From an uncultured Clostridia bacterium (lineage in GTDB: Bacteria; Bacillota; Clostridia; TANB77; CAG-465): a DNA stretch of 54,618 nt. Shown here in pieces: positions 39,453-48,766 of the stretch. The stretch is from assembly GCA_947630145.1 (NCBI GenBank), contig CANRGL010000004.1, positions 1 through 54,618 of the forward strand, given 5' to 3'. Made by a program: the position numbers and the translations under genes. The notes under the pieces were generated by a model, which saw only the letters and a program-made list of their open reading frames with translations, was not told the origin of the DNA and ran no database searches. The first letter of the stretch is position 1. The number at the start of each line of letters is the position of its first letter.

Positions 39453-40341
39453 ACAAAAAGAAGAAATGAGCTTCAATGAGACTTTGGATTATTTTATACA
39501 AAGTCAGAGACTAGAACCAATATGTAAAAGTCCAAGAGGAAGAGAAAGACTAGAAGAAATGTTAACTAAAGTTTTAGAAAAACATAAAGTAAGACAAGAA
39601 GATGGAGTATACAGTTTATGGCGTGTTGAAAATGCATTGGAAATGCATTTTGGTAAACCAACTGCTGATAGGACTAGTATAACTTTTGAAGATAGAGAAT
39701 TTTATGCTTCTGATTATGATAGAAATAATAGTGAAATAGCACCAGGATGTCAAAAAACAACAATAAGTGTTAATGAGTATGGTGAATTAAGTGAAGTAAC
39801 TGAAGGAAGAGGTAGCTATTTATATAATAGGAGAAACCCTGAAGATAAAAATAGACCTACACAATGTATATATAGTAGAAGAGAAAGGCATTATGAAAAG
39901 ACTGGAGTTGAAGATTTAAGAATATATGAGCAAGCTGATATACCAATACAAGGAAAAGATGGTTATCAAAAGAAACCTTCATTTGACTATGCTCTTTTTG
40001 ATGGTGGTGATAGAGGAAAAGGATATCCTAATTATTATAAAGAATTGGGAAGAAGGCAAGATGGAATTACAGCTGATGTGGCTATAACTGAACATGGTGA
40101 ATTAAAAATTTCAAGAGCATATATAAATTCTCAATATGGGGTTGATAACTTAAATATTTCTAATGGAGAATATACTAAAAAAGAATTACCATATTATAGA
40201 GATATGACAGAGGAACAAAAAGAAAAATTTAATGAGGTTGCAAAAGATGCAATTTCTAGATCAAAATATAAAGAAGCATTAGTTTCTCAAACACCAGGTA
40301 TTGAAATGGAAGATTTAGAACAAAATAAAAGTATTGAGTAG
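39274..40341 (+). CDS. Hypothetical protein, 'MGR..FFNRIFG..LPEQ' family member 2
   Basis: RBS GAGGAG, an N-terminus shared with 34538, and a terminator-like hairpin downstream. Confidence 0.88.
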   Translation: MGRIRNFFNRIFGRKQKSLPEQQETYKISEDDLNSVPEVNEEKENLVDNNFKDDLQKNTIQKEEMSFNETLDYFIQSQRLEPICKSPRGRERLEEMLTKVLEKHKVRQEDGVYSLWRVENALEMHFGKPTADRTSITFEDREFYASDYDRNNSEIAPGCQKTTISVNEYGELSEVTEGRGSYLYNRRNPEDKNRPTQCIYSRRERHYEKTGVEDLRIYEQADIPIQGKDGYQKKPSFDYALFDGGDRGKGYPNYYKELGRRQDGITADVAITEHGELKISRAYINSQYGVDNLNISNGEYTKKELPYYRDMTEEQKEKFNEVAKDAISRSKYKEALVSQTPGIEMEDLEQNKSIE

Positions 40342-40468
40342 TTATATAAATAAAGGGAAGTAAGTTTATTGTTTTTAATACTTACTTCTTTTTATTTATT
40401 ATAATATGAAGAAACGTATTAAAACGCAAATATTTTTTATAATTTTAAAAATGCATATTTTAACCAAT

Positions 40469-40557
40469 AAAGAAAAATGTGATTAACTTTCTATTAAAAT
40501 AGTATAAATTTTAGTTATATATATTATAATCTGTTATAATTAAATTCATTTATCATT
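40469..40557 (+). repeat. Direct repeat C, copy 2 (upstream of the walR-like gene)
   Basis: Matches 39046-39136. Confidence 0.9.
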
Positions 40558-40684
40558 CATATAACAAAAATATTACAAGATTACAAATAAATGTCAAAAA
40601 AATTAAAAATATTTCATTAAAATGTAGAAATATTTTTTTTAACATGATATAATATTTTCAAATGTGGATTACGAGGTGAAATAT

Positions 40685-41386
40685 ATGAATGATAAGAAAA
40701 TTTTAATCGTTGATGATGAAAGACCAATAGTAGACATATTAAAGTTTAATTTAGAAAAAGAAGGATTTTCTACTACTGTAGCATATGATGGGGAGGAAGC
40801 AATAAATACAGCTTTATCTGTAAAACCTGATCTTATTCTTCTTGATTTAATGTTACCTAAAGTAGATGGTTTTAACGTATGTAAAGAAATAAGGAAACAT
40901 CTTACTTGTCCTATTATAATGCTTACTGCAAAAGAAGAAGTAGTAGATAAAATTATTGGATTAGAATTAGGTGCTGATGATTATATGACTAAACCTTTTA
41001 GTATAAGAGAGGTTATTGCAAGAGTAAAGGCAAATCTAAGAAAACATGTATTACCTGAAGAAGATGATGATAAAAAATCATCAAAAAATAAAATAAAAAT
41101 AAAAGATATGGTTATAGATCCAGAAAGATATATAGCAATTATAGGAGATAAAACAATAGATCTTACAATAAAAGAATTTGAACTTTTAAAAATGCTTTCT
41201 TCTGCTCCAAATCAAGTATTTACAAGAGAGCAAATTTTAAGAGGAGTATGGGGATATGATTTTTATGGTGATGCTAGAACAGTAGACGTTACTATTAGAC
41301 GTTTAAGAGAAAAGATAGAAAAAAATTCTGCTGATCCTCAATATGTTCAAACTAAAAGAGGAATGGGCTACTATGTTTCAACTTAA
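40685..41386 (+). CDS. walR: OmpR-family response regulator, WalR/YycF-like
   Basis: ILIVDDERPIVDILKFNL, LLDLMLP, GLELGADDYMTKPF and RTVDVTIRRLREKIE. Confidence 0.8.
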   Translation: MNDKKILIVDDERPIVDILKFNLEKEGFSTTVAYDGEEAINTALSVKPDLILLDLMLPKVDGFNVCKEIRKHLTCPIIMLTAKEEVVDKIIGLELGADDYMTKPFSIREVIARVKANLRKHVLPEEDDDKKSSKNKIKIKDMVIDPERYIAIIGDKTIDLTIKEFELLKMLSSAPNQVFTREQILRGVWGYDFYGDARTVDVTIRRLREKIEKNSADPQYVQTKRGMGYYVST

Positions 41387-41408
41387 TATAGTTTTATAGG
41401 AGATAGTT

Positions 41409-42800
41409 ATGAAAGGTTCTATAAAGGCAAATTTTAGAATAGTAAATATATTGATGGTAGTTATAGTATATATAACTACTATCGCTTTATATGGTAAAGT
41501 TATAGATACAAATAATATTTTTTCAATTAAAAATATTATTTTACTCTTGATTTTTATATTTATTTCTTTTGTTCTTAATAGTATATTAATAAAAATGATA
41601 ACATTTCCACTTAAGAGAATAGAAAAAAATATGAGAATGGTATCCAATGGTAAGGTAAATGAACCAAAGCATATAGAAGAATATGGGAAACTTAAAGAAA
41701 TTAGAGACTTTGTAGACGCATATATGAGTATGTTTGAAGTAATACAAAAAAATAGTTTTGATCTTACAGGTCAACAAAGCAAAACAGAAATTATTCTTGA
41801 ACATATGGCAGACGGAGTTGTGGCGTTTAATGTTTCACATCAAGTCATACATATTAATAAATCAGCTTTAAGACTCCTTGCTTTAGATTCTACATATGAT
41901 ACTTTTGAAAAAATTACAAAGAGATTGAAAATAAGTCTTGATTTTGATAAAATAATGTATCTTCCAAATTACAAAACAATAGAAGCAAAAATAACTGTTG
42001 GTGGAAATTCTTTAAATATCGTATTTGTTCCATTTTTTAGTGATAAATTAACTCCAATGGGAGTTATAATGATGGTAAGAAATATAACTGAGAATGTTAA
42101 ACTTGATAATTTAAGAAAAGAATTTGTATCTAATGTGTCACATGAGCTAAAAACTCCTCTTACTTCAATCAAGGGATATTCTGAGACTATGATGAACGGT
42201 GATCTAACATATGCTGAAGTACAAAAATTTTCTAAAGTTATAAATCAAGAAGCAAATAGAATGGATAGATTAGTAGCTGATCTTTTGCAACTATCTAGGT
42301 TTGATTACAAAAAAGTAAGTTGGAAAAAAATGATGTTTTCATTAGATGATCTTGCACAAAGTGTTTGTGATAAAATGAAAATACAAGCTGATCAAAAAGG
42401 TCATAAACTTGAATGTATTGTTAGTAGTAAACCACCTCAAGTATATGCAGACAGAGATGCAATTGAACGTGTAATAATAAATATTGTAAGTAATAGTATA
42501 AAATATACACCTGATGGAGGAGTAATTACTGTATATGTTGGATACGTAAATTCTAACGCATATTTTAAAGTAGTAGATAATGGTATAGGTATTCCTGCAA
42601 AGGATTTAGATAGGATATTTGAAAGATTTTATAGAGTTGATAAGGCAAGAAGTAGAAAAGCTGGTGGTACAGGGCTTGGACTTTCAATTGTAAAAGAAAT
42701 GATAGAAGGAAATAATGGTACAATAGAAATTAAAAGTCAAGTAAATAAGGGAACAGAAGTAATAGTAACTTTGCCTACAAAAATTGATACTAAAAAATAA
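41409..42800 (+). CDS. walK: Sensor histidine kinase, WalK-like (HAMP, PAS, HisKA, HATPase)
   Basis: Two TM helices, FVSNVSHELKTPLT, NSIKY, DNGIGI and FYRVDKARSR..GGTGLGL. Confidence 0.75.
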   Translation: MKGSIKANFRIVNILMVVIVYITTIALYGKVIDTNNIFSIKNIILLLIFIFISFVLNSILIKMITFPLKRIEKNMRMVSNGKVNEPKHIEEYGKLKEIRDFVDAYMSMFEVIQKNSFDLTGQQSKTEIILEHMADGVVAFNVSHQVIHINKSALRLLALDSTYDTFEKITKRLKISLDFDKIMYLPNYKTIEAKITVGGNSLNIVFVPFFSDKLTPMGVIMMVRNITENVKLDNLRKEFVSNVSHELKTPLTSIKGYSETMMNGDLTYAEVQKFSKVINQEANRMDRLVADLLQLSRFDYKKVSWKKMMFSLDDLAQSVCDKMKIQADQKGHKLECIVSSKPPQVYADRDAIERVIINIVSNSIKYTPDGGVITVYVGYVNSNAYFKVVDNGIGIPAKDLDRIFERFYRVDKARSRKAGGTGLGLSIVKEMIEGNNGTIEIKSQVNKGTEVIVTLPTKIDTKK

Positions 42801-42809
42801 GGAGTTAAA

Positions 42810-43583
42810 ATGAAATATTTTGATACACATGCACATTATAACGATAAAGCTTTTGCTCAAAATAGAGAAGAAATTTTGGATAAATGTATAAAAGAAAATG
42901 TAAAATATATAGTAAATGTTGGAGCAAGTATAGGAGAGTCAAAAGAAAGTATTGATATTGCTAATACTCATGATTTTATATATTCATCAATCGGAATACA
43001 TCCATATTATGCCAAAGAGGAAAAAGTAAATGATTTGTATAATCTGTATAATAAGGAAAATAATAGTAAAGTCTTAGCAATAGGTGAAATAGGTTTAGAC
43101 TATCATACTACTAAGGAAGATAAGGATGATCAAATTAGGCGTTTTATTGAACAAATTGAACTTGCAAATAGTTTAAAACTTCCAATTCTTGTTCATACAA
43201 GAGATGCTTCACTTGATACATATAAAGTATTAAAAGATGAAAAAATAGCAGAATATGGAGTATTATTACACTGTTTTAATCCAACTGATGATTTAGTAAG
43301 ACTTGTTTTAGAAAGAGGATATACTGTTGCTTTTGGCGGAAATATAACATACAAAAGATCTCCTAGTTTTAAAGGTTATTTAGACAAAATTCCTTTATCA
43401 CAAATTGTTGTAGAAACGGATGCCCCATATCTTGCACCTGTTCCTTTTAGAGGAACAATAAATAATTCTACTAATTTAAAATATATTTGTGAAAAATTAG
43501 CAGAGTATAAAAATACTAGTATAGATGAAATTGTGGAAAATGTGTATAATAATGCAGTTAATTTTTATAAAATAAATGACTAA
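42810..43583 (+). CDS. tatD: TatD family deoxyribonuclease
   Basis: DTHAH, GIHP, IGEIGLDY, HTRDA and ETDAPYL. Confidence 0.93.
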   Translation: MKYFDTHAHYNDKAFAQNREEILDKCIKENVKYIVNVGASIGESKESIDIANTHDFIYSSIGIHPYYAKEEKVNDLYNLYNKENNSKVLAIGEIGLDYHTTKEDKDDQIRRFIEQIELANSLKLPILVHTRDASLDTYKVLKDEKIAEYGVLLHCFNPTDDLVRLVLERGYTVAFGGNITYKRSPSFKGYLDKIPLSQIVVETDAPYLAPVPFRGTINNSTNLKYICEKLAEYKNTSIDEIVENVYNNAVNFYKIND

Positions 43584-43602
43584 TGCTCTTGCATTAGTCA
43601 TT
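43575..43602. terminator. Hairpin overlapping two convergent stop codons
   Basis: AATGACTAATGC-TCTT-GCATTAGTCATT. Confidence 0.7.
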
Positions 43603-43926
43603 AAAATTATCATTTATCATATTAACTACTTTTTTTAAAACATTAAGTTGCTTATCTGTATAATAAATATCACCTAAATCTTCTAAAGTATTATTTAAAG
43701 AATCACAAAACATACTATCTAGACTTAATTTTAAAGTATTAGAAAGAAGTATAAGTTTTGGTAAACTTGGAAGCTTTATTCCTCTTTCAATATCTCCTAA
43801 GAAATTTTGTGATACATTTATTTTTTCTGCAAGTTCAAATTGTGTAAGTCCTAATTTTTTCCTTGCAGTACATATCTTTCTACCAAATGATTTTTGATCT
43901 ATGATTCCTGTTTCATTCTTTTTCAT
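43594..43926 (-). CDS. XRE-family helix-turn-helix regulator
   Basis: ARKKLGLTQFELAEKINVSQNFLGDIERG..PS. Confidence 0.9.
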   Translation of the reverse strand: MKKNETGIIDQKSFGRKICTARKKLGLTQFELAEKINVSQNFLGDIERGIKLPSLPKLILLSNTLKLSLDSMFCDSLNNTLEDLGDIYYTDKQLNVLKKVVNMINDNFND

Positions 43927-44109
43927 TTAATCACCTTAAAAATACATATATATGATATAACAAAAATATATAAATATAAACAATCAATAAATGTTTAAAC
44001 AAACACATACAGTGTTAGTTTGAGCAAATTTTAAATATAATATTCATTAATATTTAATTGATTATGAATATATATTATGATATAATATATCCTATAAAAG
44101 GTGATTCTT

Positions 44110-45051
44110 ATGAAAAAGTTTGTACAAAATTTTTTATTATTTATAAAAGTTATTATCTTATTAGGAATAATATCTTTGTTTATAGCATTATGCATTTTTA
44201 CTGTAGGCAATAAAGATAAAGATGAGGTAAAAGACCAAAAAAGTGATAAAAAAATAGAGGAAAGTAAAGATGAAAAAAGAGAATATAGCTATACTATAGA
44301 AAATGACAAATTATTTATTACTTTAAATAATAAAATATTAAATGAAGTACCTATAAAGTTAAATAATATTCTAGGTTTAGATAAGTCTACAAATGAAATA
44401 GATAAAAAACTATATCAAATAGACGATAATAAAATAATATTTATAGCTAAAGAAAATTCAGATGTTTCTCTTATTATATCTGATGATTTTGGTTATACTT
44501 GGCATAGTGAAAAACTTAACTTAGAGGATAGTGATATAGCAGTACCTATGTATTTACATTTCTTTTCAAAGGATAGTGCAATACTAGTTCTTAGCTGTGA
44601 TGTAGCAATGAGGAAAACTATGGCTAAAATAGCTTTAACAAATAATGGTGCAAAATCTTGGCAAACAAGCAATTTGGGTAATGATGGATATATTACCATT
44701 AGTATAGATAGTGATATTGAATTTTTTAGTATTGATTTAGGATTTATTTCTAATCCTTTAAATGGTGGGGATTCTGCTGAATTATATATGATAGAAAATC
44801 AAGCTACTAGTTTTACTAAAGTAAATCTTGAGGAGCAATTTGTAAAATCAGGAAATGAAAATGTTTATTTAAATTGGAAAGATATATATGATTACATACA
44901 ATTACCTAAATTGGAGGATGGAAAACTAAAATTAACTGTTACTCAAGGAAATGATGGAGATTATATGGGAGGAAAAATATCTGCTAAATATGAATCAACT
45001 GATATGGGAAAAACTTGGCAATTTGTAGAAGAGTATATTCCAAATAATTAA
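44110..45051 (+). CDS. Membrane-anchored Asp-box (BNR repeat) beta-propeller protein
   Basis: N-terminal TM helix, with SDDFGYTW, TNNGAKSW and STDMGKTW repeats. Confidence 0.7.
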   Translation: MKKFVQNFLLFIKVIILLGIISLFIALCIFTVGNKDKDEVKDQKSDKKIEESKDEKREYSYTIENDKLFITLNNKILNEVPIKLNNILGLDKSTNEIDKKLYQIDDNKIIFIAKENSDVSLIISDDFGYTWHSEKLNLEDSDIAVPMYLHFFSKDSAILVLSCDVAMRKTMAKIALTNNGAKSWQTSNLGNDGYITISIDSDIEFFSIDLGFISNPLNGGDSAELYMIENQATSFTKVNLEEQFVKSGNENVYLNWKDIYDYIQLPKLEDGKLKLTVTQGNDGDYMGGKISAKYESTDMGKTWQFVEEYIPNN

Positions 45052-45077
45052 TATTATTAAGTATATAAGAAAGGATA

Positions 45078-45935
45078 ATGTTTATGTGGAAAAGAAAAGA
45101 ACTAAAATCTAAAGCAAAAAAATCTTTAAAAAAGAATTATTTTGCTGCTGTTTTAATATGTTTTATACTTGCTTTTATTGGAGTAGAGTATTCAGATTCT
45201 GTAACTTTAATACACAAAACGTCTGATAATAAAGATAATATTACTATAATAAAAGAAATAACTGATACTTCAGATTATAGCCAATCAGAGCAAATAAATT
45301 ATGATGAAAATATAGCTGATGACATATTTCAAGTAATGACTGAAAATGCTAGTTGGATATTTAAACTTTTTGCAGGTGATTATTATATATTAGCATCTAT
45401 AGTTATGCTGTTATTTACTTTTTTTGTATGTTATCCACTATCGGTTGGAGCAAAAAGGTTTTTTATAAAAAATCAGGATACTAAGCCTTCATTTGTAGAA
45501 TTATTTTCTGTATTTAAAACAAAAAAATATTTTAATATTGTTTATGTTATGTTCTGTAGATACATTTTAAATTTATTATGGACTTTGTTATTTATAGTGC
45601 CTGGAATTATAAAATATTATCAGTATAGAATGATTCCATATATATTAGCAGAAAACCCTAATATTACAAGAAAAAGGGCTTTTGAAATTAGTAAAGAAAT
45701 GATGAAAAAAAACAAGTGGAAGACTTTTGTGCTTGGAATATCTTTTATACTTTGGAATATGTTGACAGCACTCACTTTTGGAATTGTAGGAATTTTCTTT
45801 GTTAATCCATATAATGCAGCTACTTTTGCACAACTTTATACAACTTTAAAAGAAAATACGATAAAAAGTGGATTTATAAAATCAAAAGAATTATCTAAGT
45901 CTCCTTATAGAAAGGAGGAAGAAGAAAATGCTTAA
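45078..45935 (+). CDS. DUF975-family integral membrane protein
   Basis: RKELKSKAK, LWTLLFIVPGIIKYYQY..PYILAENP, and PY..ATFAQLY. Confidence 0.85.
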   Translation: MFMWKRKELKSKAKKSLKKNYFAAVLICFILAFIGVEYSDSVTLIHKTSDNKDNITIIKEITDTSDYSQSEQINYDENIADDIFQVMTENASWIFKLFAGDYYILASIVMLLFTFFVCYPLSVGAKRFFIKNQDTKPSFVELFSVFKTKKYFNIVYVMFCRYILNLLWTLLFIVPGIIKYYQYRMIPYILAENPNITRKRAFEISKEMMKKNKWKTFVLGISFILWNMLTALTFGIVGIFFVNPYNAATFAQLYTTLKENTIKSGFIKSKELSKSPYRKEEEENA

Positions 45936-46581
45936 AGAAAAAATAATTAAACATAAAAATAAAATAATTGAACATAAAAATAGAATAATGAAAAATAAAG
46001 ACAACTATGGTAAGTGGTATAAAATAACAGATTATATTTTGTTTTTCTTTGTGTTTGCATTTATTGGCTGGGTATGGGAAGTGTGTTTAATCCTTGTACA
46101 GACTGGAAAATTGGTAAATAGAGGTGTACTTTTAGGTCCATGGTTACCAATATATGGAACAGGCGGAGTACTTATATTATTAATTTTAAGAAAAATATTT
46201 AATAAACCAGTACTTACTTTCGTATTAACTACTGTATTATGTACAGTAGTTGAATACTTCACTAGTTGGTATTTAGAGATAACAAAAGGAGTTCGTTGGT
46301 GGGATTATAGTGGTTACTTTCTTAATATAAATGGTAGAGTATGTTTAGAAGGCGCTCTTGTATTTGGACTTGGTGGTTGTGCAGTAATATATTTAATTGC
46401 ACCAAAGTTAAGTAAATTATTTTCCAAAATACCAAATAAAGTAATAGTACCTTTATGTATAGTACTTGTTTGTGGATTTATCGTTGATTTAATTCATTCA
46501 AAAAATCATCCTAATATGGGAGAAGGTATAACTGCAAGTAGGACAAGCATTGAAATTTGTTATAATGAGTTAAAAAGATAA
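45928..46581 (+). CDS. Putative ABC-transporter permease-like (CmpB-type) membrane protein
   Basis: GWVWE, NRGVLLGPWLPIYG, EY and WWDYS..NINGRVCL. Confidence 0.8.
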   Translation: MLKEKIIKHKNKIIEHKNRIMKNKDNYGKWYKITDYILFFFVFAFIGWVWEVCLILVQTGKLVNRGVLLGPWLPIYGTGGVLILLILRKIFNKPVLTFVLTTVLCTVVEYFTSWYLEITKGVRWWDYSGYFLNINGRVCLEGALVFGLGGCAVIYLIAPKLSKLFSKIPNKVIVPLCIVLVCGFIVDLIHSKNHPNMGEGITASRTSIEICYNELKR

Positions 46582-46766
46582 TAATTTTATATAATTTTTA
46601 TTGATAAAAGAGATTTGTATAATTAATTTTAATACAAATCTTTTTTTGTATTAAAATTATGTATAAATATAAAAGTAAAATTAATAAATATTAACAAATA
46701 GTAACAAATTATTAATTATTTAAATAAAATGTATTATACAGTATATAAAGAAAGAAGGTAAAAAAT

Positions 46767-46853
46767 ATGAATGATGAAAATAAAAATATTGAAGAAATTG
46801 ATAATGAATTTAAAGGAGAAACATATAGAATAGAAGAAAGTGATGAAAAATGA
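46767..46853 (+). CDS. 28-aa acidic small ORF coupled to the CHAP gene
   Basis: RBS GAAGGT, peptide MNDENKNIEEIDNEFKGETYRIEESDEK and an ATGA overlap with 46850. Confidence 0.55.
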   Translation: MNDENKNIEEIDNEFKGETYRIEESDEK

Positions 46854-47485
46854 ATTTAAAAGAGTTTGAAAATTGGGGACTAGCTCAAGGAAGTGTAGCA
46901 AATCCTGCTCCTAATTATAAATATAAAGGTCAATGTGTATCTTTAATACAACAATATTTATATCAGGTATTTGGTATGCCTTTCAAGGCACATGGAAACG
47001 CAAAAGATTGGGCAAATAATGTTCCAGATGGATTTACAAAACTTTCTGCAGGTGTTTCTTTACAAAAAGGTGATATATTAGTTTATGGTGCAAATTACGG
47101 TGGAGGATATGGGCATATTGGACTAATAGATTCAAATGGAAAATTTTATGATCAAAATGGCGTTAAGAGTTTAGCTATTGGATATAGAGACAATCCTTTT
47201 TCTGGGTATATATGCGTTCTAAGACCAAATAATCAGTCAAGACTTGGAATAGAAAATAGTAGTAGCACATCTGAAAGCTTTACAGTAAGAGTAGACAAAA
47301 AAGAAGCAGCAGTAAGAAGTGAAGCTAATTCTAAATCTGCACAAGCAGGAAGTATGATATTATATAGAGGTGATACTTTTAAGGCAATAGGTACAGTAGT
47401 AGGAGAAAATGTAAGTGGAAATAATATTTGGTATAAATCTTGGAAAGGTAATTATGTATGGTCAGGAGGATTAACAAGAATATAG
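46850..47485 (+). CDS. CHAP-domain peptidoglycan hydrolase with an SH3b-like binding domain
   Basis: GQCVSL, GNAKDW, GDILVY, GHIG and DQN motifs, with a C-terminal GENVSGNNIWY..YVWSG. Confidence 0.85.
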   Translation: MNLKEFENWGLAQGSVANPAPNYKYKGQCVSLIQQYLYQVFGMPFKAHGNAKDWANNVPDGFTKLSAGVSLQKGDILVYGANYGGGYGHIGLIDSNGKFYDQNGVKSLAIGYRDNPFSGYICVLRPNNQSRLGIENSSSTSESFTVRVDKKEAAVRSEANSKSAQAGSMILYRGDTFKAIGTVVGENVSGNNIWYKSWKGNYVWSGGLTRI

Positions 47486-47657
47486 TTAATAAATAAAATT
47501 GACTATAAAAATTATTATTAAAAATGGGTGAGAAATTCACTCATTTTTTCTTTATATAAATTATAAATAGTAAAATAACAAAAATAATATTATATGTTAT
47601 TTGCTAATTATGAACTTTTATGATAATATTAATAAAGAATTAAAGGAGGAGGTTTTT

Positions 47658-48224
47658 GTGAGAAAAAATATAAAAACTACAGAAGCAATATTTCCAATGC
47701 CAGTATTAATGGTAGCAACATATAATGATGATGATAGTGTTGATGTAATGAATGCAGCATGGGGAACAATGTTATCTAGAAATCAAGTTATATTAAATTT
47801 AACAGAGACTCATAAAACTGTAAAAAATATTAAAAAAAGAAAAGCATTTACAGTAAGTATTGCAGATAGTAAACATGTTGTACAAGCAGATTATTTTGGA
47901 GTAGTATCAGCAAATAATATATCAAATAAGTTTGAAAATAGTGGATTATCAGTAATAAAATCAGAAAATGTTGATGCACCAATTATAAATGAATTTCCTA
48001 TTTGTTTAGAATGTGAATTTATAGAATATCAAAATGGTGAGTACGGAGCAGGAGTTATTGGAAAAGTAATTAATGTTACTGCTGATGAAAGTGTAATGAA
48101 TAATGATAAAATTGATATTTCAAGAGTAAATGCAATAGCGTTTGATCCATACACTCATGGATATTATGAGGTTACAAAAAGAGTTGGAGAAGCATTTAAA
48201 GATGGATTTAAGTTGAAAAAATAA
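47658..48224 (+). CDS. Flavin reductase family protein
   Basis: GTG after GGAGGAGG. PMPVL, MNAAWG, ADYFG and APIINEFPICLEC. Confidence 0.9.
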   Translation: MRKNIKTTEAIFPMPVLMVATYNDDDSVDVMNAAWGTMLSRNQVILNLTETHKTVKNIKKRKAFTVSIADSKHVVQADYFGVVSANNISNKFENSGLSVIKSENVDAPIINEFPICLECEFIEYQNGEYGAGVIGKVINVTADESVMNNDKIDISRVNAIAFDPYTHGYYEVTKRVGEAFKDGFKLKK

Positions 48225-48272
48225 TGTTATATATTTTAATAATATAGTTTATATAAATGCGGGGGTGTGTGT

Positions 48273-48671
48273 ATGAAGATATCAACAAAAGGAAGATATG
48301 CTTTAAGAGTTATGGTAGACTTAGCATTAAATAGTAATGGGGAATATATAACATTAAAAGAGATAGCAACAAGGCAAGGAATATCAAATAAATATTTAGA
48401 ACAAATTATATCATTGTTAAATAAAGCAGGATATTTGGAAACGGCAAGAGGAACTTCTGGAGGATATAAATTAGCTAAAAAACCAAATGAGTGTATAATA
48501 GGAGATATATTGAAAGCAACTGAAGGAGATTTAACTTTAATAGATTGTTTAACACAAGAAGGAAAGTGTATAAGGCAAAAATACTGTAAAACCTATTCTT
48601 TTTGGAAAGGCTTAGATGATGTAATTAATGAATATGTAAATAGTAAAACGCTTGATGATTTAATAAAATAA
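48273..48671 (+). CDS. Rrf2-family regulator (IscR/CymR-like, three C-terminal Cys)
   Basis: STKGRYALR, YLEQI, RGTSGGY and C-x6-C-x5-C..W. Confidence 0.92.
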   Translation: MKISTKGRYALRVMVDLALNSNGEYITLKEIATRQGISNKYLEQIISLLNKAGYLETARGTSGGYKLAKKPNECIIGDILKATEGDLTLIDCLTQEGKCIRQKYCKTYSFWKGLDDVINEYVNSKTLDDLIK

Positions 48672-48698
48672 ATCATTAAGCTTTCTAATTTATCTTAA

Positions 48699-48753
48699 TT
48701 CCTATTGACTTACTAGGAAATAAGTGATATAATTCCTACTGTAACGGTAGGAG
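48699..48753 (+). promoter_or_regulatory. iscS promoter with two palindromic operator-like sites
   Basis: TTGACT-17-TATAAT (48705-48733), overlapped by TTCCTA-N9-TAGGAA and TTCCTA-N9-TAGGAG. Confidence 0.7.
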
Positions 48754-48766
48754 ATGAGAATTTAAA

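Noticed and set aside
34431-40557. CRISPR array, integron or DGR as the explanation for the repeats
   Set aside because: The repeats are pairs of unequal length without regular spacers. No cas, integrase or reverse transcriptase gene is present, and the differences are not adenine-specific.
46690-46706. WalR-like box upstream of the CHAP gene
   Set aside because: The half-sites are spaced 10 bp rather than 11 bp apart, which is weak evidence in AT-rich DNA.
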